From: Tortispora ganteri
Lineage: Eukaryota
Assembly (NCBI GenBank): GCA_003707115.1
Contig: PPNB01000005.1
Coordinates: forward strand, 62,001 to 126,000
Length of the DNA stretch: 64,000 bases
Direction of reading: 5' to 3'
Below the pieces are notes generated by a model. That model was not told where the DNA came from and made no database searches. It saw nothing but the letters and a program-made list of their open reading frames with translations. This document shows, piece after piece, positions 48,785-59,622 of this stretch; the stretch's first letter is position 1, and each line of letters opens with the position of its first letter. Made by a program: the position numbers and the translations under genes.

Positions 48785-50593
48785 CTAGTCGCGCGGCTCT
48801 AAGTCTCGAACATCTAAAATCAACGCAGACGCCATAGTAAATTCATCTGCTGTAGGTTCATCTAGAATCTCAATGTTCTCCTTTGAGAATATACGTGGCA
48901 GGACAAAAGCAGCAAGTGCCGCAAATCCTACCAGCAAGATAGGAAATCCGACTGCAGCAATAGTGTTGGTCATGGCGAACGTAGCTCCAAATGAAAGCAG
49001 CTCCCATGCCACAAATGCCGCCAGAACTTTTCGTGGTAAATGTGTCAGTTCGTCTCCGAGCTCTACCATGTGCGGGTCGCTCAGCAAAACGTATACTTTA
49101 TGCACTACTCCATTCACCGTGAACGTTCGCAGACCCATAACCCAAAAAAGTCCCGCAATAACCGGCTGCGGAACTAGTCCTATAACTGTCAGCAATGGTC
49201 CAGCCATGCATCCTAGTGTGAGCAGTCCCTGACCGAGATTGGATACTCGCTGCTCAACAACGCCTGCTATATATGCTTCATGTGGTGTCAGATTATCCAC
49301 TTCTGGTTCTAATGCATGGGTGAGTTGTGTGCCTGTAGATGCAACGCTTCTAAATCCTGTGGCTTGACTGCCATGTGTGTTTGTTCTTCTGACGCGGAGG
49401 CCGGTTAAGGATTCCGATGTACCTGTTGGCAGCTGGTTCTTTTCGAGTTCCGTGGTGCTGGTGGGCAGACACTTTGGAGTCGCTGCACCTGAGCCCTTAG
49501 GCCGCAATTTAATGATAGCTAAGCGTTCTGTGTGCAGTGGTGCCTGAGGAATAAGGCCGTTCGGTGCTGGAAGTCCAAGGATTCCACAAATTCCAGTCAC
49601 GACACCTAATAAGAAGAAATCCCAGTGAAATCCTCCTGGTTTTTTGAGCCTGAACACAGAGTCCTGTGCCATCAGCGATGAAACATTGTGATCGAAGTAG
49701 AAAAGGATAGTGAGAAGTATGGCAAACGGAATGGCAAGGAATACATAACCAACTTTGATCTCCCAGAACTTTACGAACCAAACAATGCGATGGTACTCCG
49801 TACCCCAAACGTCCTCATTCTCTGGGTAGAGTGTTGGATAGAAAGCTCTTGTTTTCGGTAGTGTAGGTATCGAGAATTGTCTAAATAATCCTATATGAGC
49901 GAACCCCGTGAAGAATATCACGACCATTGGCGTGGAGTAGTCAGCTAGAAACTGTCTGACAGGGTTGTTGAACAGTGGAGATTTTTCGCCAATAAGGAAA
50001 CCCAAATAACCGAACCCACCAGTCATGAGAGCAAGAACGACTCCCGAAAAGCCAAGAACATGCTGATTTTGCTGAAACGAAAAGACATGCGATATAACTT
50101 CTGCACCTTTCTGAATATATAAGATAGCATTATAGATGCCGAAGACATCGCAGGAAAACCTTGTAATGTATTTGAGAGCGTACACGCAGTTAAAAATAGC
50201 TATAAAAATATGCATTAGCATGGACCAAAGGTATACCCATGCGGTGAAAGGATAGTATGGAATACCCATTGGTTCGACAATGCGATAGATAGTGTAGTTG
50301 AAGACGCTAATCGGTCCAGTTACTCCTATAATTGTGAGTGGCTGACCACTGAAAAGACTAAAAATTACAGCAGATAGTGCAGTACTAAGAAGAATCTCGT
50401 TTACACCAAAAGAATGTTGTGTCCTTTCATAGAGATCAAATGAAAAAGCTAATGCAGGTAAAAGGTTGGTGAAGAAGATGTATATAGTAGCAGGTATGAC
50501 CCTGTAGTTCCATGCATCTGTCCAATCAGAGCGATAATAAGGCAATCGCAGCCGTATATCGTTCTTTATTCCTTTAAATATAGTCCAATCCAT
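48785..50593 (-). CDS. BOR1: Boron transporter (SLC4 family)
   Basis: RLPYYRSDWTD, GQPLTIIGVTGP, FYFDHNVSSLMAQ, NGLIPQAPLHT, VVEQRVSNL. Confidence 0.95.
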   Translation of the reverse strand: MDWTIFKGIKNDIRLRLPYYRSDWTDAWNYRVIPATIYIFFTNLLPALAFSFDLYERTQHSFGVNEILLSTALSAVIFSLFSGQPLTIIGVTGPISVFNYTIYRIVEPMGIPYYPFTAWVYLWSMLMHIFIAIFNCVYALKYITRFSCDVFGIYNAILYIQKGAEVISHVFSFQQNQHVLGFSGVVLALMTGGFGYLGFLIGEKSPLFNNPVRQFLADYSTPMVVIFFTGFAHIGLFRQFSIPTLPKTRAFYPTLYPENEDVWGTEYHRIVWFVKFWEIKVGYVFLAIPFAILLTILFYFDHNVSSLMAQDSVFRLKKPGGFHWDFFLLGVVTGICGILGLPAPNGLIPQAPLHTERLAIIKLRPKGSGAATPKCLPTSTTELEKNQLPTGTSESLTGLRVRRTNTHGSQATGFRSVASTGTQLTHALEPEVDNLTPHEAYIAGVVEQRVSNLGQGLLTLGCMAGPLLTVIGLVPQPVIAGLFWVMGLRTFTVNGVVHKVYVLLSDPHMVELGDELTHLPRKVLAAFVAWELLSFGATFAMTNTIAAVGFPILLVGFAALAAFVLPRIFSKENIEILDEPTADEFTMASALILDVRDLEPRD

Positions 50594-50728
50594 TTTTTCA
50601 AAGGTTCTATATAGTCGCTTTAAAAATGTAGATCGGAAGAAGATAAAAAAGATGGCACAAGAAGCGCCAATGTAAATTAAAGGCGCGGCTATTTTGTTCC
50701 TCCCACCTCATGATTGAAATTGTGCTCA

Positions 50729-50739
50729 CTGATTGGCTG
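50729..50739 (-). promoter_or_regulatory. CCAAT box (CAGCCAATCAG) upstream of BOR1
   Basis: Extended Hap2/3/5 consensus about 140 bp upstream of the ATG. Confidence 0.5.
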
Positions 50740-50839
50740 GATTCTCAATTAACAATTACAAACCAATAAATAATATAGTATAAATGAATATAAATACATG
50801 TAAAATATATATATAGTCAATCGTAGTCCCTGACATTTA

Positions 50840-52723
50840 TTAGACATGCAAAAGCCCAAAATTAGTATCTAAACTTAACACCGATGCTGCAGTAGTACTT
50901 ACATCAATATCTGGCTTAATCTGCTCAGTTTTGGAGTCCTGCTCCAATGCCTGATCCACATAATAAATCAATATCTGAACAAGAGACAAATGTCGCAGCA
51001 TTTGAGCATAGTGATTATCATAATCACCTTCATAGATTAAACCATTTTTGCCCTTTTCAGCGACATCAGTTAGTCCTACCTGTTCTTCTGTTTCTAGACG
51101 AGATGCCTTTTGCATCATCGAAACAGATGAAGATTGACTGTTCTTCATACGTGAGCCCATAAAAGGTGGGCCTGACTCTGGTGGACGCGAGGGTAACTGT
51201 GGATACGAGGGAACTTCGTCCCGAGCGCCTGAACCACCACTCATAGCACCATTACCATTGTACTGATACGCGCCAGGGTATGGAGCAGCGTTGGAAGGAG
51301 GAGCGGAAGGAGGATAACCTGTTGCAGGAGTAACAGTGACACCGGAGTTGCCGTTAGAATTTGGGCCAGCAACACTAGGCGGAGGTACTGTTTGTGCCAT
51401 ACCGTTCGCAGCCACAGGGTCAGCATAGTGATTCCAAGGATGAGCACCAGGAGGAATTACCATGGTTGGAGAGTAGCCAGTGGCGGGCTGAGTATACCTC
51501 GTGTATGCAGATGAATATGGGGCAGTAGGGTAAACAGGCTGAGGCAGGGATAATGCAATATTACGACCAAGAGTATGCAGAAAAGAGCTTGTGCCGCTGA
51601 GTTCTTCGCGTGACCGCTTCTGAGACGGGTTCATAGGTTCCATAGGTTGTACAGGTACTGCTGGAGGTGAATAACCCGGCGATTGTAGCGATGATGACGA
51701 TTTCGCCGGGGATCCTGGAGAATCAGGGTAGTCTCTAATACCATCTTTAGAGTATTTAGAATAACTATCATTCTTGGATGATGTAGTAGTGTTCCGAATA
51801 GGAGGCAGTGCGTTGTCGGATAAGGTAGAAGACGCATTTGAGACAGAAGAAGAGACAGATGAAACAGAACTTTTATGGTCAGAACGAACTTCAGAATCAG
51901 AATAACCTCTAGAACTTCCACCGTAAACCGAGTTTTCGAGGTAGGATAGGCGAGAAGCCATTTCAGGGCCATACTGGGGCACCGATTTGTGCCGTTTGGC
52001 AGACTCCACAAAGTTAACGGCAACATCAGAAGGTCGTTTATTCATATCAGGGTGAGGCTGACTCCAATGTGGAGGAGGATAGCCACCAGGGTACATATGT
52101 GATGGAGGATTATCGTCTTCCACGGGCTGCATTACGCCTGAGACAGAGGGGATGTAAGAAGGCATGGCACCAGAATACCATGGAGCACCATGAACAGCTG
52201 CAGTAGATGCCAAAGGAGGCCCCGGTATAAAATGGCCGTAGGTATAAGAAGTATACATCCTTGCGTGAGATGAGCCAGCGGCATTTGCGTCCGGTGGTGG
52301 GACATGTCCCGGGTAATCATAAGGCGGGTTTAGTTGGGATGCATAGACACCATTCTCGGTATGAACTCGGCTGTGCTTTTTTAGGTCATGTAATCTCTTA
52401 AATGATTTCTGACAATACCGGCATTCATGTGGTTTGAGTGGAACATGTACGCGAAGGTGCGAGGTAATGTGATCACGCTTGACGGTGGAAACCCCGCAGT
52501 TGGCCCAGCCACAAACCAAGCACAGATTATTGGTGGCTTTTCTGCCAACATGATCGTTGCATAGATGATCATAAAGCATGTTAGCATCTTCGAACGTCTT
52601 TTCGCAGGTTCCCCACATGCATTTGAGATTGCCATGTGCGTCCACGTTGGCTTCTTTTTTGCTGTTGGTGGAGGTCTCCGATCGTGGAGATGTAGCATCA
52701 CCGGCAGAGGAACTGACGGACAT
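50840..52723 (-). CDS. RIM101: pH-response C2H2 transcription factor PacC/Rim101
   Basis: Three fingers with [32 protein letters not shown] and DLKKH. A YPQL (YPxL) motif lies in the C-terminal half. Confidence 0.9.
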   Translation of the reverse strand: MSVSSSAGDATSPRSETSTNSKKEANVDAHGNLKCMWGTCEKTFEDANMLYDHLCNDHVGRKATNNLCLVCGWANCGVSTVKRDHITSHLRVHVPLKPHECRYCQKSFKRLHDLKKHSRVHTENGVYASQLNPPYDYPGHVPPPDANAAGSSHARMYTSYTYGHFIPGPPLASTAAVHGAPWYSGAMPSYIPSVSGVMQPVEDDNPPSHMYPGGYPPPHWSQPHPDMNKRPSDVAVNFVESAKRHKSVPQYGPEMASRLSYLENSVYGGSSRGYSDSEVRSDHKSSVSSVSSSVSNASSTLSDNALPPIRNTTTSSKNDSYSKYSKDGIRDYPDSPGSPAKSSSSLQSPGYSPPAVPVQPMEPMNPSQKRSREELSGTSSFLHTLGRNIALSLPQPVYPTAPYSSAYTRYTQPATGYSPTMVIPPGAHPWNHYADPVAANGMAQTVPPPSVAGPNSNGNSGVTVTPATGYPPSAPPSNAAPYPGAYQYNGNGAMSGGSGARDEVPSYPQLPSRPPESGPPFMGSRMKNSQSSSVSMMQKASRLETEEQVGLTDVAEKGKNGLIYEGDYDNHYAQMLRHLSLVQILIYYVDQALEQDSKTEQIKPDIDVSTTAASVLSLDTNFGLLHV

Positions 52724-53814
52724 TGGTTTCGTTCAGTGGCGAGGAGAAAAAAAATAACAACCAGAAATAGAGGTAGCAGTATACTCTGAATATACTTTGC
52801 GTGAAGGTGGCCGGCAGTCTGCAAGGACGACAAATGCGTTACGGAGGTCGGAAGTTCACAGGCCGGATGGCTTAGAGATAATAGGCCGAAGACGGGTCAG
52901 ACCGTTGAAAGGAAAGGTGCTAAAACTGTTGCTTAACAAACTTTAGCAACAAAAGATACCGTAGTAATTTAAGCAAAAAGCCAGTAGTAAACAAAAAGCG
53001 CGTAATAGTCTTTATTAATAAAGAGCTAGGCGCCAATAGAACACTATGTAGGGAATAATCGTAAGGTAAAAAAAGGGTCAGTATGGTGTCGTACTTGGCA
53101 AAGGCATACTTGTCTCATGTCAAATGTGTGATTATAACCCTGAACCTCTATAAGCCGCTCCTATCGGCACTGCAACTGCAAGTTGATTGGTTATTTTAAA
53201 ACTCTATTGCAAACAGGAACTTTAACATAAGTGCATTCTCTGTTTGGTCGGACAGACAATGAGAGCCTTTTACCTCCATTGCGTTCTCTAGGCAATATGA
53301 GTCGGAAACAATTCTGCGGTTGCAATGGCGATATACGCAAGAGGCGTCATGTGTTAAGAGTGTGATATACACGAGGGTACTAGGGTACTTTTGGTAATTA
53401 AAAGGGAGAGAGTGGGCGGAACCTTAAGCCGAATGAAGCTTAGAAGCCAACCTGGAGATTCAAATATTGATTAACAGAATGCTTTTAAAGCCATATTGAT
53501 GAATATGACTCGAAGTATAATACATTAGTATTGTCACAATAAATTTCCAGGGAGTTTTATTGGATATAAGTATGTCAGACGGGCCGTCAATAGACAACTC
53601 GCTATTTTCGATGCCCAACGACCTCCAGCGCTTAATCAAATCGTAACTTTTGTAGGTCATAATAGTGGCGCTGACTTTGAATAGAGTGTTCGGTTATAAT
53701 AAATAGGCTCTGATATATTCTTATATATATCAAGGGATCGATGTAACAGTTTTCGACAGCGCAAAAAGGTGTGCGGTGACGCCAGGTACCATGTTGAATT
53801 ATGCGAAAGTGAAA

Positions 53815-55563
53815 TCAACATAACGAAGTGTAGGCAGTTTCGTAATCGAACACATTTAGCATAGTTCCTTGATGCTTGTTGTACGGAGTTCCCTTAAGAA
53901 TTGGCTTGAGATCGGCGGGCAGAACAGACGGTGCCACAAGGACCGACACTGACCAGTTGAAGCATCTAGCTTGGGTATTTTTCAGCGCTTTAGAATACTC
54001 CGCAGCAAACTGGAGCATTTTCAGTGCCTCAGACGCCTTATCTGCACATTTTGGGCCTATAAGCACATACATGTCCACAAAAGCATCAAGGAAATAAACG
54101 CGGTCTTCCCTTAATTGTTCAGCAGAGCAGTGCGAATGCTCTAATATGGCATTATCGTGAAACACGAATAGCCGAGGAGTAGAATTATTAGTGCATTTAG
54201 ATCTGAACATCCATGCATTTGCATTGCCATACTTAAATAATGGTGTGTTTATATTCAACGTATGCATAAAATCTTCAGTCTCAGCGCCTTCCATGACACT
54301 CACCACTTCGTGTGCCCCGATCATTCTTGCAGCTTCAAGGGCGGACTTAGATTCATCTGGTGAACATCCCCGGCCTATCCAGCAATAGAATGCGCCCTGT
54401 GCATCCGACACGAGATGCGCAAAGCCTGAGCAAAGCATGCTGGAGTCTTTTTCTATTTGTTCAACCAGGTATCGTCCCCGAACAGGGCGGACAGTAAACA
54501 TGGCGTTTCTGAAGCCCGAGTTGATAGGCTGTAGTGCACTCACGACGATCTTGTGTCCAAGAATTGTTATGAATTCTTCAGGTTCCTGTCCTTGGAGAAC
54601 AACAATATCTTTAGAGTCTACTAAGGCTTTCCATCGAGATCCATACACGTTTTTGCCGACCCAGACGTAGCTATTGAGCGGACTTTCAAATCTATAAACA
54701 GCAGACGAGTCCAGAATTGCATCGAACGACGTTGGAGCAAACTTGTGAGTCACGAGCTTCAACACAGCCTTGTAAGAATACGGGTGACTGATAGTAGTAG
54801 CAAACAGCTGCTTAATTGGTTTAGAGTCGATCGATTGGATGAATTTTGGTTTAGACACAAAGTAGCCCATTGGTTTGTTGTTGACGCATTGCACAGATTG
54901 CAGTGGTTCTTGTATTGAGAGGACTAGGGTTAGTCCATCAGGACAAGTGTTAGTTATTTTTAGTGATTGTGGTTTTGGTGGAGGTGCAGGTTTTGACGTG
55001 GTCTGATTAGGAGCTGATGCTTGAGGTTTAGTGATTGGTTTAGGTGGAGGAGTCTTTTTAACAGGTAGACGGGTTTGATGTTTGTCCTCCAATAGCGATG
55101 ATGGAGCTCTTGGACTAGTTGTTGTATCAATTAAAGATTTAGGCGCCACAGATGCTGTAAGAGACGTAGGAAGTTTCCTTTGTGGGCCACGAGTACGTCG
55201 CTTTGTAGTGTGATCTAGTTTTGGTTGTTCTTGCAGTACCGGTTTCGGTTTGTTGGTATGCAATTTTGGCGGTCCATTAGAGAGGGCATTGACCAAAGCT
55301 GAGTTTATGTAATTATATATTGGCTTATCGGGCAAAGAGTTTGTACGTTGGATTGGCTTTGTGGTGGTAGATATTGGTAAAGTTGATCTTGTAGGGAGTC
55401 CAGGTGACGATTTTGGAGTAGCAAATGCTGGTTTTGGAGGTAAAGGAGGAGGATTTGAAGCCAAAGAATTTGGTTTCTTTGGTACTTTTGGTTTCTGAAA
55501 TTCAGAAAAGTGAGATTTACTCTTTATTTGATTCAATTTTGATAAAAATTCTGGTTCTGCCAT
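53815..55563 (-). CDS. Pro-rich actin regulator with capping-protein-interaction motif and C-terminal gelsolin/villin-like repeats
   Basis: PPPLPPKP/PPPKP motifs, LDHTTKRRTRGPQRKLP, YVWVGK...QGQEPEEF, SMLCSGF...YCWIGRGC...EGAETEDF, VYFLDAFVDMYVLIGP. Confidence 0.75.
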   Translation of the reverse strand: MAEPEFLSKLNQIKSKSHFSEFQKPKVPKKPNSLASNPPPLPPKPAFATPKSSPGLPTRSTLPISTTTKPIQRTNSLPDKPIYNYINSALVNALSNGPPKLHTNKPKPVLQEQPKLDHTTKRRTRGPQRKLPTSLTASVAPKSLIDTTTSPRAPSSLLEDKHQTRLPVKKTPPPKPITKPQASAPNQTTSKPAPPPKPQSLKITNTCPDGLTLVLSIQEPLQSVQCVNNKPMGYFVSKPKFIQSIDSKPIKQLFATTISHPYSYKAVLKLVTHKFAPTSFDAILDSSAVYRFESPLNSYVWVGKNVYGSRWKALVDSKDIVVLQGQEPEEFITILGHKIVVSALQPINSGFRNAMFTVRPVRGRYLVEQIEKDSSMLCSGFAHLVSDAQGAFYCWIGRGCSPDESKSALEAARMIGAHEVVSVMEGAETEDFMHTLNINTPLFKYGNANAWMFRSKCTNNSTPRLFVFHDNAILEHSHCSAEQLREDRVYFLDAFVDMYVLIGPKCADKASEALKMLQFAAEYSKALKNTQARCFNWSVSVLVAPSVLPADLKPILKGTPYNKHQGTMLNVFDYETAYTSLC

Positions 55564-55668
55564 ATTGATACAAAATAGGATAAGTTAGAATTAAAAGCGG
55601 AAGAGAGAGAGAGAAAGAGATTGGGTGGAGAGAAACTACTCCGAGAATTCTTCCCTCGTGATTTAACG

Positions 55669-57975
55669 ATGAACTATGGTAAATCAGATCCTAAAGGGCT
55701 TGATAAAATATGGTCAATTATTAAATCCGGTGGATTTAAACAAGCGCAACAAATTTTGGAAAAAAAACTAAAGAAAAGCGGTAATGACATTGAATTGAAG
55801 GTCATGAATGTGCTCCTCGATCTTCGCAAAGGTTCATGCTACGGACTCTTTGAATCTAAAAGGTGGCAAGATATTAAAGTAGAATCTGCTAATAATGCTT
55901 TAATATCATCTTCTTGGATAGTAGTGGCATCTATAATGGTTGAATATGGGTTGCACAATGAACTTGACGAATATGTATGCGAAATTGCAAAAAATGAGCC
56001 ACGGAATGGCAATATTGCCTTGACTTGGTTACGTATCGCTTTGCTAGAAAATTTACCTAGTTTACCTAGAGCAGCACTTAATTTTATTAAATTCTCTTCT
56101 AAACGACCTGCGATATCGTTACTGGCAATGTGTAACAGTATGTCAGTCTCTTCGAAAGACTTCAAGCTCGGTTCACAGTTAGCATTGCGTCATTTAGAAC
56201 GTCATGAGCCATTTGAAGACACTCAAGAGCTGTTTGCTAAATTACTTCTGTTATGTAAGTGTGAGAAATACGAAGAAGTTTTGAAAACGAAAGAGAAATA
56301 TCCACAATTGACACTGCCCGCAATAGATCTGCTGTATATAGAAGCTATGCAGAAACTGTATACACCAGAGCAATTGTTTGAATATTATTATAAAAATCTT
56401 CAAGAATCTATTCCTTGCAATTTAGACAACTTTTATGTCTGGACTGATGCACTAAACTTATGCGCAAAGGACTCGTCTTTAGTTCCTCGTTTCAAATCAC
56501 TCATGGAGACCAATAATAGAAACGCTGCACTGATACGTGTTCATTATGCCAATCAATTTAACGAGGATATATCTGTACCAATTCAAAATTATTTCAAGAT
56601 GTACGGCGGCCGCGCAAAAGCCGTGTTTACTGATTTGAAATCCTTTATCACTCCGCAACTAGTCGAGATACTACAAGAGACGAAATTTGACACTAAAATG
56701 GCACAAATGATCGCTGATTGTACAATAGCTCGATTCAAAAAGTACTTGGATATTATTGACTCTACAGAAACCCTTCTTTTGTCTTACGACAAGTACACTA
56801 GTCTTCTGTCGAACAAACTTGTTACAGATTACCACGCTGCAGATATTTTCCTTATCCAAGCGGCTCAGACACTTGTTCAAGTGAACTCACCCGAATCTGT
56901 ACTTGCAAGTATAGGCTTGTTAAAGTATTGCAATGAGAATGACCCGCATGAATTCAACGTGATACTGGCATTAATCCGGCTGCACACCCATTTCGGTAGC
57001 CCTAATTGTGCACTCGCTTTAGCCGACTCCTTGTCTATCAGGAACGTGCAGTCTGACTGTCTCAGTCACCTGTACTTGTCAAGGTGCAGCACTGTGATCC
57101 CGAATTTCGCTGCTGCCGAAGTCCCGCTTAGCCGAAGACTTAATACCGCCATGTCCATTTATGAACATATTCCACTGTCACATACTGTGGCCGGCTGGAC
57201 CGATTTAGAATTCAGCGGACTTGACGATTTTATATCGAGAAATGCAAGTTCGCAGCTCGAAGGAGCTCGCGATTTGGTCTATACTTTAGAACGGTCTATT
57301 ACGAAAAATATTCTTTCAATAGAACGTCGGCGAGTTAATAGTCTTACACAAGTCGTGCCTACTTTTGAGGATACTTATGAGTTTGCAGACAAACGAGACA
57401 ATAAATGCACACCGGAATTTACTGTTTCATGGCCTGGTGAGAGTATCGGCGCTGCCTGGGTCCAGCATCAGAAACTGCTGGACGCTCTCTGGGGTGCCAT
57501 CCGGTTGCCCGGTGCCTGCAAGGATATCACCAATAAACTTGCAAAATCATCTACGGATGAGTGTACGCCGTGGGAGATTTGGGAGGCTGAGGTTTCAGTT
57601 GAGTTTGCGAGACAGAGCTCTAAAACTAGCGCTCCGAATATTCTTGAGGCGTTCCCGCAAGTACCGGACGATCTTTTGGTTGAATGGCGATCTACACACG
57701 CTGTTCTTGTCGCTTTAAATCTGCTAGACAGACTTAAAACATTTGTGAAAATGAAAGATGAGTCTTGTGTGGCTTTATTACAAAATTTGCGAAAGACCGT
57801 GGATAGAATGGCGAATCAGCTTAACGATGATCTCACTCAAAAAGCATTATCTCTACTAGGATTCCCTTGCTTGAAGGAACATACTAGCACGATTAAATAT
57901 TTTATTGAAAGTGCATTGAATGATCGAAAAAAATGCATAGACTCATTAAGGTCTAGAATTGATTCTTTAGTATAG
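55669..57975 (+). CDS. MDM20: NatB N-acetyltransferase auxiliary subunit (Naa25/Mdm20)
   Basis: FKQAQQILEKKLKK start, YFKMYGGRAKAVFTDLKSF, LIRLHTHFG...LSIRNVQSDCLSHL. ATG at 55669. Confidence 0.82.
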   Translation: MNYGKSDPKGLDKIWSIIKSGGFKQAQQILEKKLKKSGNDIELKVMNVLLDLRKGSCYGLFESKRWQDIKVESANNALISSSWIVVASIMVEYGLHNELDEYVCEIAKNEPRNGNIALTWLRIALLENLPSLPRAALNFIKFSSKRPAISLLAMCNSMSVSSKDFKLGSQLALRHLERHEPFEDTQELFAKLLLLCKCEKYEEVLKTKEKYPQLTLPAIDLLYIEAMQKLYTPEQLFEYYYKNLQESIPCNLDNFYVWTDALNLCAKDSSLVPRFKSLMETNNRNAALIRVHYANQFNEDISVPIQNYFKMYGGRAKAVFTDLKSFITPQLVEILQETKFDTKMAQMIADCTIARFKKYLDIIDSTETLLLSYDKYTSLLSNKLVTDYHAADIFLIQAAQTLVQVNSPESVLASIGLLKYCNENDPHEFNVILALIRLHTHFGSPNCALALADSLSIRNVQSDCLSHLYLSRCSTVIPNFAAAEVPLSRRLNTAMSIYEHIPLSHTVAGWTDLEFSGLDDFISRNASSQLEGARDLVYTLERSITKNILSIERRRVNSLTQVVPTFEDTYEFADKRDNKCTPEFTVSWPGESIGAAWVQHQKLLDALWGAIRLPGACKDITNKLAKSSTDECTPWEIWEAEVSVEFARQSSKTSAPNILEAFPQVPDDLLVEWRSTHAVLVALNLLDRLKTFVKMKDESCVALLQNLRKTVDRMANQLNDDLTQKALSLLGFPCLKEHTSTIKYFIESALNDRKKCIDSLRSRIDSLV

Positions 57976-58167
57976 AATTATATACTTGTTCATATAGGGG
58001 CCCTCCTAATCATGTGCCCCGATTACCAATGTGATGTGATGGTACCTTTTTCTTTATTACACTAAACTCTATTGATCATTCGACAGCGCCCCCCGTAGGA
58101 AAACGATTATAATTGTTAGCATTTAACGATTTTTAGGGGTATTGTTGCAAATAAAATATATTAAATT

Positions 58168-59481
58168 ATGGATACTGATGCAATTGCAAGTTTTTGCTCG
58201 ATTACAGGTGCTAGTACAGATGCTGCACAGCAGTATTTGGAAGTAAGCGATGGCATGCTAGAACACGCTATTGGTCTCTATTTGGAGAATGGTGGCGCTA
58301 CTTTAGGCCAACCGGAAAATATGACCGGACAAGCGCAAGATTTAAATGATTTAGAGGAAGATAATGTTCGTGAGGCTATTCGTCCCGTAACAGAGACCTT
58401 AGTAGAGCCGTCATACCAAGATTTCTTTTCGTCGAGACCGAACCATTTCCACCGATCCAGAGCGCCCGTCTCCGTATTCAACCAACTTTCTGAGAATGAC
58501 GCAGATATATACACATCTAATGGTGACGAGACGAAAGAAGGACGCTTGGCACGTTTATTTAGGCCACCATTTGACATTCTCAGCCCTATATCCTTTGATG
58601 AGGCGCGCACTGTGGGACGCAATGAGCGCAGATGGGTACTCGTCAACATTCAAGATATACGCGATTTTGCATGCCAGATGCTCAATAGAGATTTTTGGTC
58701 GAACAAAGACGTTAAAAACGTGGTTAAGGATAACTTTGTGTTTTTGCAGTATCCGGCGGACAGCTCAGATGGTGAAGCGTTTTTACAGTATTATCCGACG
58801 ACGAAATTCCCACATCTCTCGATCATAGATCCGCGGACAGGCGAGCAAATGGTTGATTTTTCTAATAGCTCTTTTGACCCCGAAGAATGGGTTGTTCATG
58901 TGCAAAGTTTTCTCGACAATTACTCCCTTGATCCTAGTCACAAGAACCCAATTTCAGGTACACAGAAGCGACATAAGTCTGATATAGCTCACATGTCCGA
59001 GGAAGAGCAACTGCGGTTGGCAGTAGAGCAATCGATCAGTAGTGCATCAAAGGGCAAAGAACCTATTTTAATTGATGTGGACAGCGATAATGATAAGTAT
59101 GACAATCAAGAGGGCCCTTCGGATACCGGAAATCTAATTGATACGATAGAGGCTTCAACTCACGAGCAAGAGGAACAACAACAGGATACACCTGAGCATA
59201 TTCTGAGAGGCATATCGCCGTTGGATGTGCCAGAACCAAAACTTGGGCCCGGAGTTACTCGAGTACAATTTAGAATGGGCGATGGAAAGCGAATTATACG
59301 TGCATTCAATCTGAGCGATCCAGTTTCCAACTTGTTTGGGTTCATTAAGAAAGAAGTGCCCCGTGCGAACGAAGAACCGTTTGCGCTTGTGTCTGAACGC
59401 AAGAACCTGCTGGATATCAAAGATCTAACGATCGAAGAAGCAGGATTGAAGAGCGCTTCAATTATGATTGAGTTTATTTGA
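58168..59481 (+). CDS. UBX5: Cdc48 adaptor UBA-UAS-UIM-UBX
   Basis: FCSITGA (UBA-like), RLARLFRPPFD, FACQMLNRDFW, IIDPRTGE, MSEEEQLRLAVEQS (UIM), TRVQFRMGDGKR (UBX). Confidence 0.9.
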   Translation: MDTDAIASFCSITGASTDAAQQYLEVSDGMLEHAIGLYLENGGATLGQPENMTGQAQDLNDLEEDNVREAIRPVTETLVEPSYQDFFSSRPNHFHRSRAPVSVFNQLSENDADIYTSNGDETKEGRLARLFRPPFDILSPISFDEARTVGRNERRWVLVNIQDIRDFACQMLNRDFWSNKDVKNVVKDNFVFLQYPADSSDGEAFLQYYPTTKFPHLSIIDPRTGEQMVDFSNSSFDPEEWVVHVQSFLDNYSLDPSHKNPISGTQKRHKSDIAHMSEEEQLRLAVEQSISSASKGKEPILIDVDSDNDKYDNQEGPSDTGNLIDTIEASTHEQEEQQQDTPEHILRGISPLDVPEPKLGPGVTRVQFRMGDGKRIIRAFNLSDPVSNLFGFIKKEVPRANEEPFALVSERKNLLDIKDLTIEEAGLKSASIMIEFI

Positions 59482-59622
59482 AGTTGTGGATTATCTGATG
59501 CGCTTACTACTGACTCTCCCAAACCGCATAGACAAGTCATCTGTGAATATGCCTTTGAGCTCAACTTTCCCACCTCTGCATAATCACTGTAAGCACTGGT
59601 AAAGCACCAAGATATCTGGTCC

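Noticed and set aside
53230..53335. Two adjacent hairpins (possible H/ACA RNA)
   Set aside because: No H box or terminal ACA in the correct positions on either strand.
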